This document shows positions 6,892 to 15,297 of a stretch of 53,152 bases of DNA, piece by piece. The first letter of the stretch is position 1. Each line of letters begins with the position of its first letter. The notes beneath the pieces are model-generated. The model had not been told where the DNA came from. It did not search any database and saw only the letters and a list, made by a program, of their open reading frames with translations. Made by a program: the position numbers and the translations under genes. This stretch comes from a virus: IMG/VR virus record IMGVR_UViG_3300029118_000008. The stretch is one strand, 5' to 3'.

Positions 6892-7038
6892 ATGACGGCA
6901 GACAGCTGGAAAGTCACACTGCGAATGGGCGCGGGGCTTCATCGCAAGCTGCAAGTCCTTGCAGAGCGCGAAAACCGAAGCGTCAACCAGCAGATGATTC
7001 ACATCATCCAGCACGCCATTGAGGGGAGCGAGAAGTAG
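6892..7038 (+). CDS. Arc-like RHH protein, 48 aa (below the ORF-track size cut-off)
   Basis: My translation: MTADSWKVTLRMGAGLHRKLQVLAERENRSVNQQMIHIIQHAIEGSEK. Classic Arc/Mnt pattern (KVTLRM...LHRKL...AERENRSVN). Confidence 0.65.
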   Translation: MTADSWKVTLRMGAGLHRKLQVLAERENRSVNQQMIHIIQHAIEGSEK

Positions 7039-7142
7039 TGTACCATGTCAACCCGCCAGGCATCGAAAACCGGGTGAAGTACGCCATCACGACGCGGCGG
7101 AAGCGAAAAGAGCTTTGCGCGAAAGCAACGTCTAATTCGCAC

Positions 7143-7224
7143 AAAAACGCCCTCAGGAGCGCTTGCACGTCGTGACTGGTATTTCCTCGCCTGACGGGCT
7201 GGAAGCGCTCAGAACGCCGTTTTT
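7143..7224. terminator. Long imperfect inverted repeat between convergent units (bidirectional terminator candidate)
   Basis: aaaaacgccctcaggagcgctt (7143-7164) pairs with aagcgctcagaacgccgttttt (7203-7224). A-run upstream and T-run downstream. Confidence 0.5.
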
Positions 7225-7258
7225 GTCCTTGTAGAGTGTTGTCCAGCGCAAACGCGCA

Positions 7259-7570
7259 TCAGGAGCGCGATTTGATGAACTCGATGTACTTCATCACATC
7301 CGCACGCTGGAGCGCGGAAAGAGACTTCACCTGTTCCATTAGCGGGTCGAAGTCGGGCGGCGAGAACGCATTTTCATCACGTCCAACGAGCGTATCGAGC
7401 GAAACACCGAGAGCATCAGCGATTGCGAGAAGACGCGTCGGAACGGGGTTGCTTCTTCCAGATTCGTAGTTGCGGATTGTTATCTCTGCGACATTGGCAC
7501 GGTCTGCAAGTTGCTGCTGGGTCAGCCCGTTCGAGATCCGCAGCGCAAGCAGAATTTCCGGGAACGGCAC
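7259..7570 (-). CDS. XRE-family HTH protein, CI-type paralogue
   Basis: LLALRISNGLTQQQLADRANVAEITIRNYESG. The C-terminal ...ALQRADVMKYIEFIK tail is paralogous to 3497..3910 and 7582..7908. Confidence 0.75.
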   Translation of the reverse strand: MPFPEILLALRISNGLTQQQLADRANVAEITIRNYESGRSNPVPTRLLAIADALGVSLDTLVGRDENAFSPPDFDPLMEQVKSLSALQRADVMKYIEFIKSRS

Positions 7571-7581
7571 GGTGCATCACC

Positions 7582-7908
7582 TCACTTGCGCGGGTTCGCC
7601 CGGACATAGCGAGCGTACCGCATTACTTCCTCCCGGTCGGACGGAGCAAGCGCGGAAATCTCCAAGTAGAGCGTATCTGTTTCTTTGGGAGACGGCGCAT
7701 CATCGCATCCGGCAAGATAATCGTAGGAAACGCCGAAGAGGTCAGCGATTTTTCCGAACACCTCAACGCTGGGCGAACGCTGGCACTTCTCCAACTGCGT
7801 CACGGACGCGCCGGAGACACCAAGCGCATCACCAAGCGCCGCAACGGAAAGCCCCGCTTGCTTGCGTAGCACCAAAAGGCGGGAAGCAAATTTTTCTCGC
7901 GAAAACAT
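7582..7908 (-). CDS. XRE-family HTH repressor (third switch), CI-type paralogue
   Basis: ATG at 7908 after AAGAGG. LLVLRKQAGLSVAALGDALGVSGASVTQLEKC. C-terminal ...SDREEVMRYARYVR tail. Confidence 0.75.
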   Translation of the reverse strand: MFSREKFASRLLVLRKQAGLSVAALGDALGVSGASVTQLEKCQRSPSVEVFGKIADLFGVSYDYLAGCDDAPSPKETDTLYLEISALAPSDREEVMRYARYVRANPRK

Positions 7909-7918
7909 TGTAAACCTC

Positions 7919-7947
7919 TTGACATCAACGTAAAGTTGATGTATAAT
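7919..7947 (+). promoter_or_regulatory. Perfect consensus promoter with the palindrome CATCAAC-N5-GTTGATG in the spacer
   Basis: TTGACA at 7919-7924, N17, TATAAT at 7942-7947. The inverted repeat spans 7923-7941. Confidence 0.6.
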
Positions 7948-8000
7948 GTAAACAAGCAAGCGGAAAACACTTGCCGAGAGTTGATGAGAAGGGAGCAACA

Positions 8001-8195
8001 ATGAGAACCGCATTAAAGCGGGTCAGAGCCTTGCAATGCTGGTCGCAAGCCGATGTTGCAAAGCAACTCGGAATCACGGTACAGGCTTACAGTCTAATCG
8101 AGACTGGGAAGCGTGACCCGTCCTACAAAGTGTTGGTAGCGCTGGAGGACGTATTTCACACTTCCCACAGGGAATTGTTACGGAGAGAGGAGTGA
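8001..8195 (+). CDS. Cro-like XRE HTH protein (third switch)
   Basis: LKRVRALQCWSQADVAKQLGITVQAYSLIETGKRDP. ATG after GGGAG. Confidence 0.75.
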   Translation: MRTALKRVRALQCWSQADVAKQLGITVQAYSLIETGKRDPSYKVLVALEDVFHTSHRELLRREE

Positions 8196-8202
8196 CACGG
8201 AG

Positions 8203-8334
8203 ATGCCACACGCAGACCCGGCAGGATTCGTCTTTTTGGGACTGAGCATCGCACTCATCGCCGCGCTATGGCTGATTAACGAGGTAGCAACCTACATCAG
8301 CGTAGAGCGCGAGGGACGCAAGTCGCAGAGATGA
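8203..8334 (+). CDS. Small single-TM protein (43 aa; not in the ORF track)
   Basis: My translation: MPHADPAGFVFLGLSIALIAALWLINEVATYISVEREGRKSQR. Starts 8 nt after the previous stop. Confidence 0.35.
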   Translation: MPHADPAGFVFLGLSIALIAALWLINEVATYISVEREGRKSQR

Positions 8335-8464
8335 CAGAATCCTGCACACAAAGCATAACACAAGGCGATTGACAAAATCAAACGTCTATCCCCAAAGAAG
8401 AAGAAAAATCAAATTTTTTTAGCGGAAAACTTGACCGCCGGGCAAGTTAAGGAAAGGAGAAACG

Positions 8465-8647
8465 TTGGTAAACATTAGAAGCCTTGCAGAAAGCAGGGGG
8501 TTGAAGATGGCGGACATTGCGCGAATCACGGGCATTTCAGAATCAATGCTTTCGCGGATTGCGAATGGTGAACGCAACGTCACGCCGAAGGTTGCAAAGC
8601 AGCTTGCGCCGACTTTGGACGTGGACTGGTGGACACTCATCGACTAA
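8465..8647 (+). CDS. XRE-family HTH protein (TTG start)
   Basis: RGLKMADIARITGISESMLSRIANGERNVT. TTG at 8465 lies 5 nt after AAAGGAGA. Confidence 0.65.
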   Translation: MVNIRSLAESRGLKMADIARITGISESMLSRIANGERNVTPKVAKQLAPTLDVDWWTLID

Positions 8648-8684
8648 CAGCGCGAAAAGCGCAAAGATAGAAAGGGGTATCACA

Positions 8685-8975
8685 ATGAGCGATGAAGTTA
8701 TCAAGGTGCGAATCGCAAACCGTCTGCTGGACGAGTACGGCAAGGACATCCAGAGCCAGTGCATGGGCGGGTGTGTGTCGCGCGGTGACGCGAACAAGGC
8801 GATTTTCGCCATTCGCCAGAGTGCGCGGAAGCTGAAAGCCATGACGCGCGACGAGTTCGCGAAGCTGGGGAACTGGGACTATATCAGCGAGGCATACGGC
8901 GCGTATGAAGCCGTAATGGAAGCCCTGCTGTTGGCGGTTAAGTACGAGATGGACAAGACGGCGGTAGCCGTCTAA
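8685..8975 (+). CDS. Hypothetical protein
   Basis: ATG at 8685 after AAAGGGG, in the 8517..8975 frame. No motif found. Confidence 0.5.
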   Translation: MSDEVIKVRIANRLLDEYGKDIQSQCMGGCVSRGDANKAIFAIRQSARKLKAMTRDEFAKLGNWDYISEAYGAYEAVMEALLLAVKYEMDKTAVAV

Positions 8976-8990
8976 GGGAGGGAAAAGAAA

Positions 8991-9314
8991 ATGAAAATCC
9001 TGAATCTTGAGAAAATCGTGCCGGACGAGGAAGCCAGGAAGGAACTCTTTGAGCAGCACATGATGGAAACCACGCTGCGGCTCAATGCGCCGCGCATCAT
9101 CCGCGAACTCGACAACGCTTGCGATAGCAAGCGCACCGCCGACCGCATTTGGAAGATTATCTGGATGGACGTACGGAGCGGGAAGGTGAAGGACTACGGA
9201 GCCTTTCAGAAGGTTTTCCCCGGCGAATTTGATGCCTACGTTGTCTACGGAGACATCATGAATAAGCTGCTTGAAGAAATCAGCGACAAGATGGGGGCGC
9301 TTTGGAATGACTGA
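8991..9314 (+). CDS. Hypothetical protein
   Basis: 107-aa ORF with an SD (GGAGGGAAAAG). Co-oriented in the early operon. Confidence 0.55.
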   Translation: MKILNLEKIVPDEEARKELFEQHMMETTLRLNAPRIIRELDNACDSKRTADRIWKIIWMDVRSGKVKDYGAFQKVFPGEFDAYVVYGDIMNKLLEEISDKMGALWND

Positions 9315-9654
9315 CTTCCAGCGAGCAACCGGGGTAACGATGCAGCCGGAGGAAGGCAAGGGCTTGCGCTGGTGTCCAATCGACGCGGTAATCGTCAAGC
9401 AGATTCGGGCGCATCTGGGAGACAGCGCCGCAATGCGGATTGTCTACGACGCCGTCTGCAATATGGCGGGCATCAACACGCCGGACGACATCACCAAGCT
9501 GACGTTTGAGCGGGCGTATAGCCGCGCATTGTCCGAGACGGGGCGGTATCAGGCGGGGGAGATTGACGCACAGGGCAACTTTATCGCGGAAGTAATCGCG
9601 ACGGCTTTCGCCCTTGCACCTAATGAAATAATAACACAGAAAGAGGTGAAATAA
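9307..9654 (+). CDS. Hypothetical protein
   Basis: The ATG at 9307 overlaps the previous stop (ATGA). Confidence 0.5.
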   Translation: MTDFQRATGVTMQPEEGKGLRWCPIDAVIVKQIRAHLGDSAAMRIVYDAVCNMAGINTPDDITKLTFERAYSRALSETGRYQAGEIDAQGNFIAEVIATAFALAPNEIITQKEVK

Positions 9655-10107
9655 ATGACCGAGTTTGGAGGGAATGAGCTGCGGAAAGCACGAGAAAATG
9701 CAGGTATCCGGCAGTGGCAGATTGCAAGCGAAATCGGCGTTTGTGAAGCACTCGTCGGGCGCTGGGAGCGTGGCGAAGCGTTCCCGTCGCCAGACGACGT
9801 TGACCGACTGGAAATCGCCTACAAAGCGCCGGGATTGTGGCACAAGTGGATGCTATCCAACTGCGATAGCTACCGCCGACATTATCGCGGCGTAGATGAG
9901 ACAACGACGGCGGGGAGCGTTCTCCGAGGACGGTTTGCGATTGAGGACGTGATGTGCTTGCAAAGCGCAATTGAGCGCGACGTGTCGGAAGACGGGCGCA
10001 TTGATAACCCGATTAACCGAGATAAGTACGAGGAGGTTCTGCGAAAGGCAATCGCCTGTCTGACGGACACGCTTGCCCGAATCGAGAAAAGAGGTGGCGC
10101 GAAATGA
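9655..10107 (+). CDS. XRE HTH protein with a C-terminal extension
   Basis: LRKARENAGIRQWQIASEIGVCEALVGRWERGEAFP. Confidence 0.7.
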   Translation: MTEFGGNELRKARENAGIRQWQIASEIGVCEALVGRWERGEAFPSPDDVDRLEIAYKAPGLWHKWMLSNCDSYRRHYRGVDETTTAGSVLRGRFAIEDVMCLQSAIERDVSEDGRIDNPINRDKYEEVLRKAIACLTDTLARIEKRGGAK

Positions 10108-10388
10108 CGCAGTACCTCAACACCGAGCGCGTCGCCGAAATCCTCTGCATTAGCAAGGAGAGCGCCCGAAAATTTATGCGCGAAATGCCGCACATCTGCA
10201 TCGGCGGCAATGCGCACGAAACCATCCGCGTAACGGTCAGCGACTTTGAGCAGGAGCTGGAGCGCCGAAAGCGTTACCCGACGCAGGAGCAGGAGAACGA
10301 GGTCATCCGCCAGCGCAAGAAGCGCAACGACCTTGTTGCGCGTGGGCTGATGAACCCTGACGGCACAATTGCCCGGAGACGTGCATAA
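10104..10388 (+). CDS. Excisionase/MerR-type HTH protein
   Basis: LNTERVAEILCISKESARKFMREMPHI resembles the excisionase-family HTH. ATGA overlap with the upstream gene. Confidence 0.45.
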   Translation: MTQYLNTERVAEILCISKESARKFMREMPHICIGGNAHETIRVTVSDFEQELERRKRYPTQEQENEVIRQRKKRNDLVARGLMNPDGTIARRRA

Positions 10389-10498
10389 AAAAAGCGCCCG
10401 TGACGCGGGTACAAAGCGCGGCACGAGCAGACAGAAAGGGTAAGGGGCGGTTAAGCCACTTACATTCTAACACAAAAACGAAAGGAAGTCAACATATA

Positions 10499-11014
10499 AT
10501 GGAGCAGTTTATCAGCGAAATCGAGGAAAACGAGCAGGAAGAACGCGCTGGTTTTGTCATCGACAACGACCAGAAGGCGGATTGGGCGGTTCGCCGCATT
10601 GCGGAGTTGGAAGCCGACACGCAGAAGTGGAAGGACTACTACAAGGCACAGAGTGAGCGCGTGGCGCAGTCCAACCAGCAGAGCATTGACTACTTTACCG
10701 CCCTGCTGGAAAGCTACTTCGACACCGTTCCGCACAAGGCGACGAAGACCAGCGAGAAGTACAAGCTGCCGAGCGGCGTTCTGGTTCGCAAGGCGCAAGC
10801 GCCGGAGTACGAGCGCGACGATGCGCAGATTATCGCGTGGTGCGCCGAGAATGCGCCGTCCTGCGTGGAGAATGTGCCAAAGCTGAAATGGACTGCGCTG
10901 AAAGGGCTGATTACAGATAACAACGGACAGGCGATTGACGAAATTACGGGCGAAGTCGTTCCCGGCATCAAAATTGTTCCGCGCGACCCGGTTTTCGCGG
11001 TGCAAAAGGGGTGA
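10499..11014 (+). CDS. gam: Mu Gam-like host-nuclease inhibitor
   Basis: FVIDNDQKADWAVRRIAELEADTQKWKDYYKAQSERV... is typical of the Gam family. ATG at 10499 after AAAGGAAG. Confidence 0.65.
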   Translation: MEQFISEIEENEQEERAGFVIDNDQKADWAVRRIAELEADTQKWKDYYKAQSERVAQSNQQSIDYFTALLESYFDTVPHKATKTSEKYKLPSGVLVRKAQAPEYERDDAQIIAWCAENAPSCVENVPKLKWTALKGLITDNNGQAIDEITGEVVPGIKIVPRDPVFAVQKG

Positions 11015-11019
11015 GCAAA

Positions 11020-11217
11020 ATGGCAAGACGCTGCTGCCTGTGCGGGGCATATCTGGATAGCGGTGAGCACTGCGACTGCGGATGCAGTCAGACGGACGAA
11101 GTCCCGCGCGGGTGCAGGAAGCCCGTGCGGAGGGTTGATGAAGCAAGCCGAACTGGGGAAGATTGGCGCTGGGAGAAGTACATCAACGACCAGTATCAGA
11201 GATGGTACGAGTGCTGA
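11020..11217 (+). CDS. Small Cys-rich (zinc-binding?) protein
   Basis: MARRCCLCGAYLDSGEHCDCGC. ATG at 11020 lies 8 nt after AAGGGGTG. The ORF track starts at GTG 11011. Confidence 0.45.
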   Translation: MARRCCLCGAYLDSGEHCDCGCSQTDEVPRGCRKPVRRVDEASRTGEDWRWEKYINDQYQRWYEC

Positions 11218-11231
11218 TAGGAGGAACGAGC

Positions 11232-11912
11232 ATGGAAAACGGGCAGATTTACGCCGCAATCAGCGCGGCGATGGCGGACATTTCCGCAATCGGCAAGGAC
11301 AAGTACAACCAGCAGCAGGGTTTTAAGTTCCGCGGCATCGACGATGTGATGAACGCGCTGAAGCCAATTCTGACGAAGAACAAGATTTTCACCGTTCCGC
11401 AGGTTTTGGAGCAGACGCGAGAAATCAAGGTAACGGCGAAAGGTGGAGAACTGCGTTACAGCCTCCTCAAAATCGCGTTCCGCTTCTACACCACCGACGG
11501 GAGCTTTGTCGAGGCGGTGACGCTGGGCGAAGGCATGGACAGCGGCGACAAGGCAAGCAACAAGGCAATGGCGATTGCTTACAAGTACGCACTGTTTCAG
11601 GTCTTCTGCATTCCGACGGAAGAAATGACTGACCCGGACGGTGAAAGCTACGAAACAAAGCACGAGACGCAAAAAAAACCGGAGCAGCCGAAGCCGCAGA
11701 GCAAGCCAACAGAGAACCCGTCGGAAACGCCGACAAACTACATTATGCGCGAGTGCGGAAACATCGGCATGGATATGCAGGAGTTGGGCAGAGTTCGCGC
11801 CGCGCTTGTGGAAGCAAACATCGTCCGCAACATCCCGACGAAAGAAATGACGATGGCGGACGCAAAGGCGCTGATGGACGCGGTGAAGGCTAATTTCCGG
11901 GAGGCATCGTAA
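11232..11912 (+). CDS. erf: ERF-family single-strand annealing protein
   Basis: QQQGFKFRGIDDVMNALKPILTKNKIF...SNKAMAIAYKYALFQVFCIPT matches the ERF core. Confidence 0.8.
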   Translation: MENGQIYAAISAAMADISAIGKDKYNQQQGFKFRGIDDVMNALKPILTKNKIFTVPQVLEQTREIKVTAKGGELRYSLLKIAFRFYTTDGSFVEAVTLGEGMDSGDKASNKAMAIAYKYALFQVFCIPTEEMTDPDGESYETKHETQKKPEQPKPQSKPTENPSETPTNYIMRECGNIGMDMQELGRVRAALVEANIVRNIPTKEMTMADAKALMDAVKANFREAS

Positions 11913-12265
11913 TGAATCGAGCAGAACGCAGAAGAGCGGCGCGGGACATAAACCACGCCGCGCAGAGCATCATGAGGGCGCGGGGAGGCTACGAACGCGA
12001 GTATGAGCGCGGAGCGAAGGACGCAGAACGCCATGCAATCAAGATGATTTTCGCCGGGATGTGCCTTGCGATGAAAGAGGAGTTCGGTTTCGGCACAAGG
12101 CGGATTTATCGGATGCTGACGGCAACGCAAAAGTATCTTCAACCAGGCGCGTACTTCACAACGGCAGAATTGATTGATGAGGTGCTGGAAAAGACGGGCA
12201 TCCGACTGGATTTCGACGACCCGTTTGACATGGTGGAGCGAATCGAGAAAGGGGAAAAGCGATGA
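11912..12265 (+). CDS. Hypothetical protein
   Basis: 117-aa ORF. TAATG overlap with erf. Confidence 0.5.
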   Translation: MNRAERRRAARDINHAAQSIMRARGGYEREYERGAKDAERHAIKMIFAGMCLAMKEEFGFGTRRIYRMLTATQKYLQPGAYFTTAELIDEVLEKTGIRLDFDDPFDMVERIEKGEKR

Positions 12266-12840
12266 ATGTTGTTAGCAACGTCGAAATCATGGGGCTTGCG
12301 TCGAGCGTAAAGGCAAGCCGCTATCCGATGGCAACCGACACGGAGCAATGCAGCGCGGAAGTCACAGAGAGGACAATGGCGCTTGCCAACTGCCAGACAG
12401 GAAGCGGACACGACCAGTTTTTGACGGGAATTGTTGTGCAGTTCGACCTCACGTTCACCGTAAAGGCGTGGGTGGAAGCCGAGCGGTATCATTTTCTGGA
12501 TTTTGTATCGAGCCAGTCTACAATGCACCGCATAACAAGCATGGACATCGACGAGCAATGCATCGACTATGTGCGCCGGGAGACAATCGAGCTTGTGGAA
12601 AAGCTGGTTGCGGAGTACAAGGAAGCCCCAACGCCGGAACGGTATCTTGCAGTCCTTTACAACGTGCCTGTTGGCTTGCGGCTGACAGCGCGAATGACCA
12701 CCAACTACCGGCAGCTCAAAACGATTTACCAGCAGCGCAAGAATCACCGTCTGCCGGAATGGAGGGCGTTCTGCGCATGGATTGAGACGCTGCCGAGAGC
12801 AGAATTTATTACTGGAAAGCGAGTTGACGCGGATGGCTGA
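12262..12840 (+). CDS. ThyX-like (flavin-dependent thymidylate-synthase fold) protein with a degenerate active-site motif
   Basis: AERYHFLDFVSSQSTMH aligns where ThyX has RHRxxSxxxxSxRY. TNYRQLKTIYQQRKNHRLPEWRAF resembles the second ThyX motif. It is short at 192 aa. Confidence 0.4.
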   Translation: MNVVSNVEIMGLASSVKASRYPMATDTEQCSAEVTERTMALANCQTGSGHDQFLTGIVVQFDLTFTVKAWVEAERYHFLDFVSSQSTMHRITSMDIDEQCIDYVRRETIELVEKLVAEYKEAPTPERYLAVLYNVPVGLRLTARMTTNYRQLKTIYQQRKNHRLPEWRAFCAWIETLPRAEFITGKRVDADG

Positions 12841-13039
12841 ACGCGGGGAAGCATATCGCGAATATCAGCGGGCTTACTATCAAGCGCACAAAGAAGAGCT
12901 GCAAAAACGGCAGCGCGAATATTACTTAGCGAATATAGAAAAAATCCGTAAAGCTGCACGGGAACGTTATTACAAACATCAAGCAGACCGCATGGAGAAA
13001 GGGGCGGAAAAGCTGTGGGAGGGGGAAAAGAATGCCTAA
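12833..13039 (+). CDS. Hypothetical helical protein (Y/R/E-rich)
   Basis: The ATG at 12833 overlaps the upstream stop (ATGGCTGA). Confidence 0.4.
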   Translation: MAERGEAYREYQRAYYQAHKEELQKRQREYYLANIEKIRKAARERYYKHQADRMEKGAEKLWEGEKNA

Positions 13040-13187
13040 AGAAGAACTTATGCCGCGATGCCCGTACTGCGACGATGAAATGAAATACGTTGTACTCGAT
13101 ATGGTAAGAAGAACAGCGCGGCTTCATTGCCCGACGTGCGATTCAGAATTTCCGCCAAGGGAGGAAGAAAGTGACGATGACGACTAA
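13032..13187 (+). CDS. Small zinc-ribbon protein (51 aa; not in the ORF track)
   Basis: My translation: MPKEELMPRCPYCDDEMKYVVLDMVRRTARLHCPTCDSEFPPREEESDDDD. Two CxxC pairs. Confidence 0.45.
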   Translation: MPKEELMPRCPYCDDEMKYVVLDMVRRTARLHCPTCDSEFPPREEESDDDD

Positions 13188-13449
13188 GCAGCGAAACCGC
13201 GTTCTGACGTTTGCCGAAGCAATCACGCAGAACCAAAAGACGGCGCGTATTTGGGTGGAACTGCGCTACAATATTCCAATCTGCGCGTATTTCCTCGTGC
13301 GCACAAACAAAACGTGCCGAGTGATTCCGTACAATCCTGGTATTGGTAGCTTCGTCGTCGGAGAAGAGGACTACGGCACAAAGTGGCGGTGCTGGGAGAA
13401 AGAGCCGACACGCGAAGAAACCAAATGCGAGCCGTGGAGTGAGCAATGA
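13171..13449 (+). CDS. Hypothetical protein, paralogue of 16895..17164
   Basis: Shared NRVL(T/S)(F/L)AE...YG(T/E)xWRCWxKxPTxEExxxxPW(S/E)E ends. Confidence 0.55.
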   Translation: MTMTTKQRNRVLTFAEAITQNQKTARIWVELRYNIPICAYFLVRTNKTCRVIPYNPGIGSFVVGEEDYGTKWRCWEKEPTREETKCEPWSEQ

Positions 13450-14159
13450 TTGCGACAATCGGCAAAGTCATCGAGCAGCCGGGCAGCCTGACAATCCAGA
13501 CTGCCCGCCCCGATGCGGAAAACTTATCCGATACCGTCACGGTGCTTTGGCAGGACTGCCGCACAATCAGTCCAGAGCAACGGCGCAAGGCGTGGGCGCT
13601 GATTGGCGAGATTGCCGCCGCGACGGGATACATCGGGCAGGGCGACAAGAGCGACATCAACACGATGCTCAAGGCGGAGTTTCTGCGAGCGCGGATTGAC
13701 AAGCTGCAAGCGGAGGCAATCAAGGCATTCAGCCTTTCCGACGTGGATATGACAACCGCGCGGCTTTACATCGACTGGCTTGTTGAGTTCTGCGTGGTAA
13801 ACGACATCCCGACAAAACAGCCGCTTGTGGAGTATGCGGAGGACATCGACGCGTACATCTACGCTTGCGTGATGCACAAGCAGTGCGCCGTCTGCGGACG
13901 CAGACCGTCAGACCTCCATCACTGGGAGCGCGTCGGAATGGGCGCAGACCGCACAGAAATCAATCATATCGGGCTGACGTGTGAACCGCTTTGCCGGGTA
14001 CATCACACAGAGTGCCACACGATGGCACAGGCGGATTTTGATGCAAAGTACCACATCCAGCCCGTCAAAATCGACGAAAAAATAGCGAAGCTGTACAAAC
14101 TGGGGAGGAAAAGCAATGAACAAGCTGACAATCATCGGGAATCTGACGCGCGACGTTGA
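13446..14159 (+). CDS. Zn-finger/HNH-like phage replication-region protein (DUF968-like)
   Basis: CAVCGRRPSDLHHWERVGMG...CEPLCRVHHTECH. Confidence 0.45.
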   Translation: MIATIGKVIEQPGSLTIQTARPDAENLSDTVTVLWQDCRTISPEQRRKAWALIGEIAAATGYIGQGDKSDINTMLKAEFLRARIDKLQAEAIKAFSLSDVDMTTARLYIDWLVEFCVVNDIPTKQPLVEYAEDIDAYIYACVMHKQCAVCGRRPSDLHHWERVGMGADRTEINHIGLTCEPLCRVHHTECHTMAQADFDAKYHIQPVKIDEKIAKLYKLGRKSNEQADNHRESDARR

Positions 14160-14517
14160 GTTGCGCACGACGCAGAGCGGCAAGAGCGTCGCCAATTTCA
14201 CGATTGCGGTCAATCGCCGCGCGAAACCGGGTGAAAAGGCGGAAGCAGACTTCTTCCGCGTATCCGTCTGGGATAAGCAAGCGGAAACGTGCCAAAAGTA
14301 TCTTGCGAAGGGGCGCAAGGTGTGTGTGATTGGCAGCGTCAGCGTCAGCACATACAACGCCAACGACGGAAGCACACGCGCGACGCTGGAAGTATTTGCG
14401 CAGGATGTTGAGTTTATAGACAGCGCGAAGCAGGATGCACCGCAGACGGCGCATGAGGCGGCTCAACCGCCCGCGCAGAGTTACACCCCGGTATACAACG
14501 AGGATTTGCCGTTTTAA
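14116..14517 (+). CDS. ssb: Single-stranded DNA-binding protein
   Basis: OB-fold start MNKLTIIGNLTRDVELRTTQSGKSVANFTIAVNR and an acidic C-terminal tip NEDLPF. Confidence 0.9.
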   Translation: MNKLTIIGNLTRDVELRTTQSGKSVANFTIAVNRRAKPGEKAEADFFRVSVWDKQAETCQKYLAKGRKVCVIGSVSVSTYNANDGSTRATLEVFAQDVEFIDSAKQDAPQTAHEAAQPPAQSYTPVYNEDLPF

Positions 14518-14533
14518 CGGAGGGAGAAAGTAA

Positions 14534-15295
14534 ATGGAGCTTGAGTATGTGCCTGTGCAAGTAGCCATGCGCCGGGAAATCGCGAGACTTTCCGACGAAG
14601 AAACCGGACGTGCGCTTAAAGCCATTCTTGATTATATGGCGACGGGTGAGGATGTCGAGCCGGAAGGAAACGCGGCGTTTTTGTACCTTGCGCTGTTGCG
14701 AGAATGCGATAAAATCTGCAAGATTCACGAGGTGCGTTCCGCAGGTGGCAAGGCTGGCGGACGTGGTCGCCCGAAGAAAACAAAGTCAGAAGACATCCAG
14801 CAGCCCGAATCGGAACAGGCGCAGCTCAACCCCGAACCAGAGAAAAAGCCCGAAGCACATACACCTGCACCCTTCATTAGCGACAAGGAAGCCGTAGAAA
14901 TCCAGCAAGGCACAAACGATGTGCTGGACGAAGCGAAAAGGCAAGGATTCCCCGACACGACGGCGACGATGGAGACGCTCAACCAGCTTGTGGCGGACAA
15001 CGGCACGGAAGAAGTGCTGGAATGCGTCAAAATCGCCGGGGAATCCGGGAAGCCTAACATCCGATACCTCAAGGGTGTAATCAATGGACGCGCGAAAGAG
15101 AAACAGGAGAAAGAGCGACGAGAGCAAGCGCGGATTGAGGCGGAAAAGCACCCGATAAGGTTTATCAATAGCACGGACGAAATTGAAGTGCACGAACCGC
15201 CGAAAATCAAACAAAGAGATGTATTTATGAATAGCGTTGGGTATCCAGAGGTACGGACGAAGTTGGAAGAAATAGCGAAAAAATGGAGTAGTTAA
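14534..15295 (+). CDS. Replisome organiser / DnaD-like helicase loader
   Basis: N-terminal LSDEETGRALKAILDYMATGE and C-terminal ...GKPNIRYLKGVINGRAKE DnaD-like segment. Sits immediately upstream of the DnaB helicase. Confidence 0.6.
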   Translation: MELEYVPVQVAMRREIARLSDEETGRALKAILDYMATGEDVEPEGNAAFLYLALLRECDKICKIHEVRSAGGKAGGRGRPKKTKSEDIQQPESEQAQLNPEPEKKPEAHTPAPFISDKEAVEIQQGTNDVLDEAKRQGFPDTTATMETLNQLVADNGTEEVLECVKIAGESGKPNIRYLKGVINGRAKEKQEKERREQARIEAEKHPIRFINSTDEIEVHEPPKIKQRDVFMNSVGYPEVRTKLEEIAKKWSS

Positions 15296-15297
15296 AG

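Noticed and set aside
7038-7175. 45-codon ORF (VYHVNPPGIENRVKYAITTRRKRKELCAKATSNSHKNALRSACTS) starting at a GTG that overlaps the Arc-like stop
   Set aside because: It has no SD and no motif, and it runs into the bidirectional terminator stem. I mention it only inside the RHH finding.
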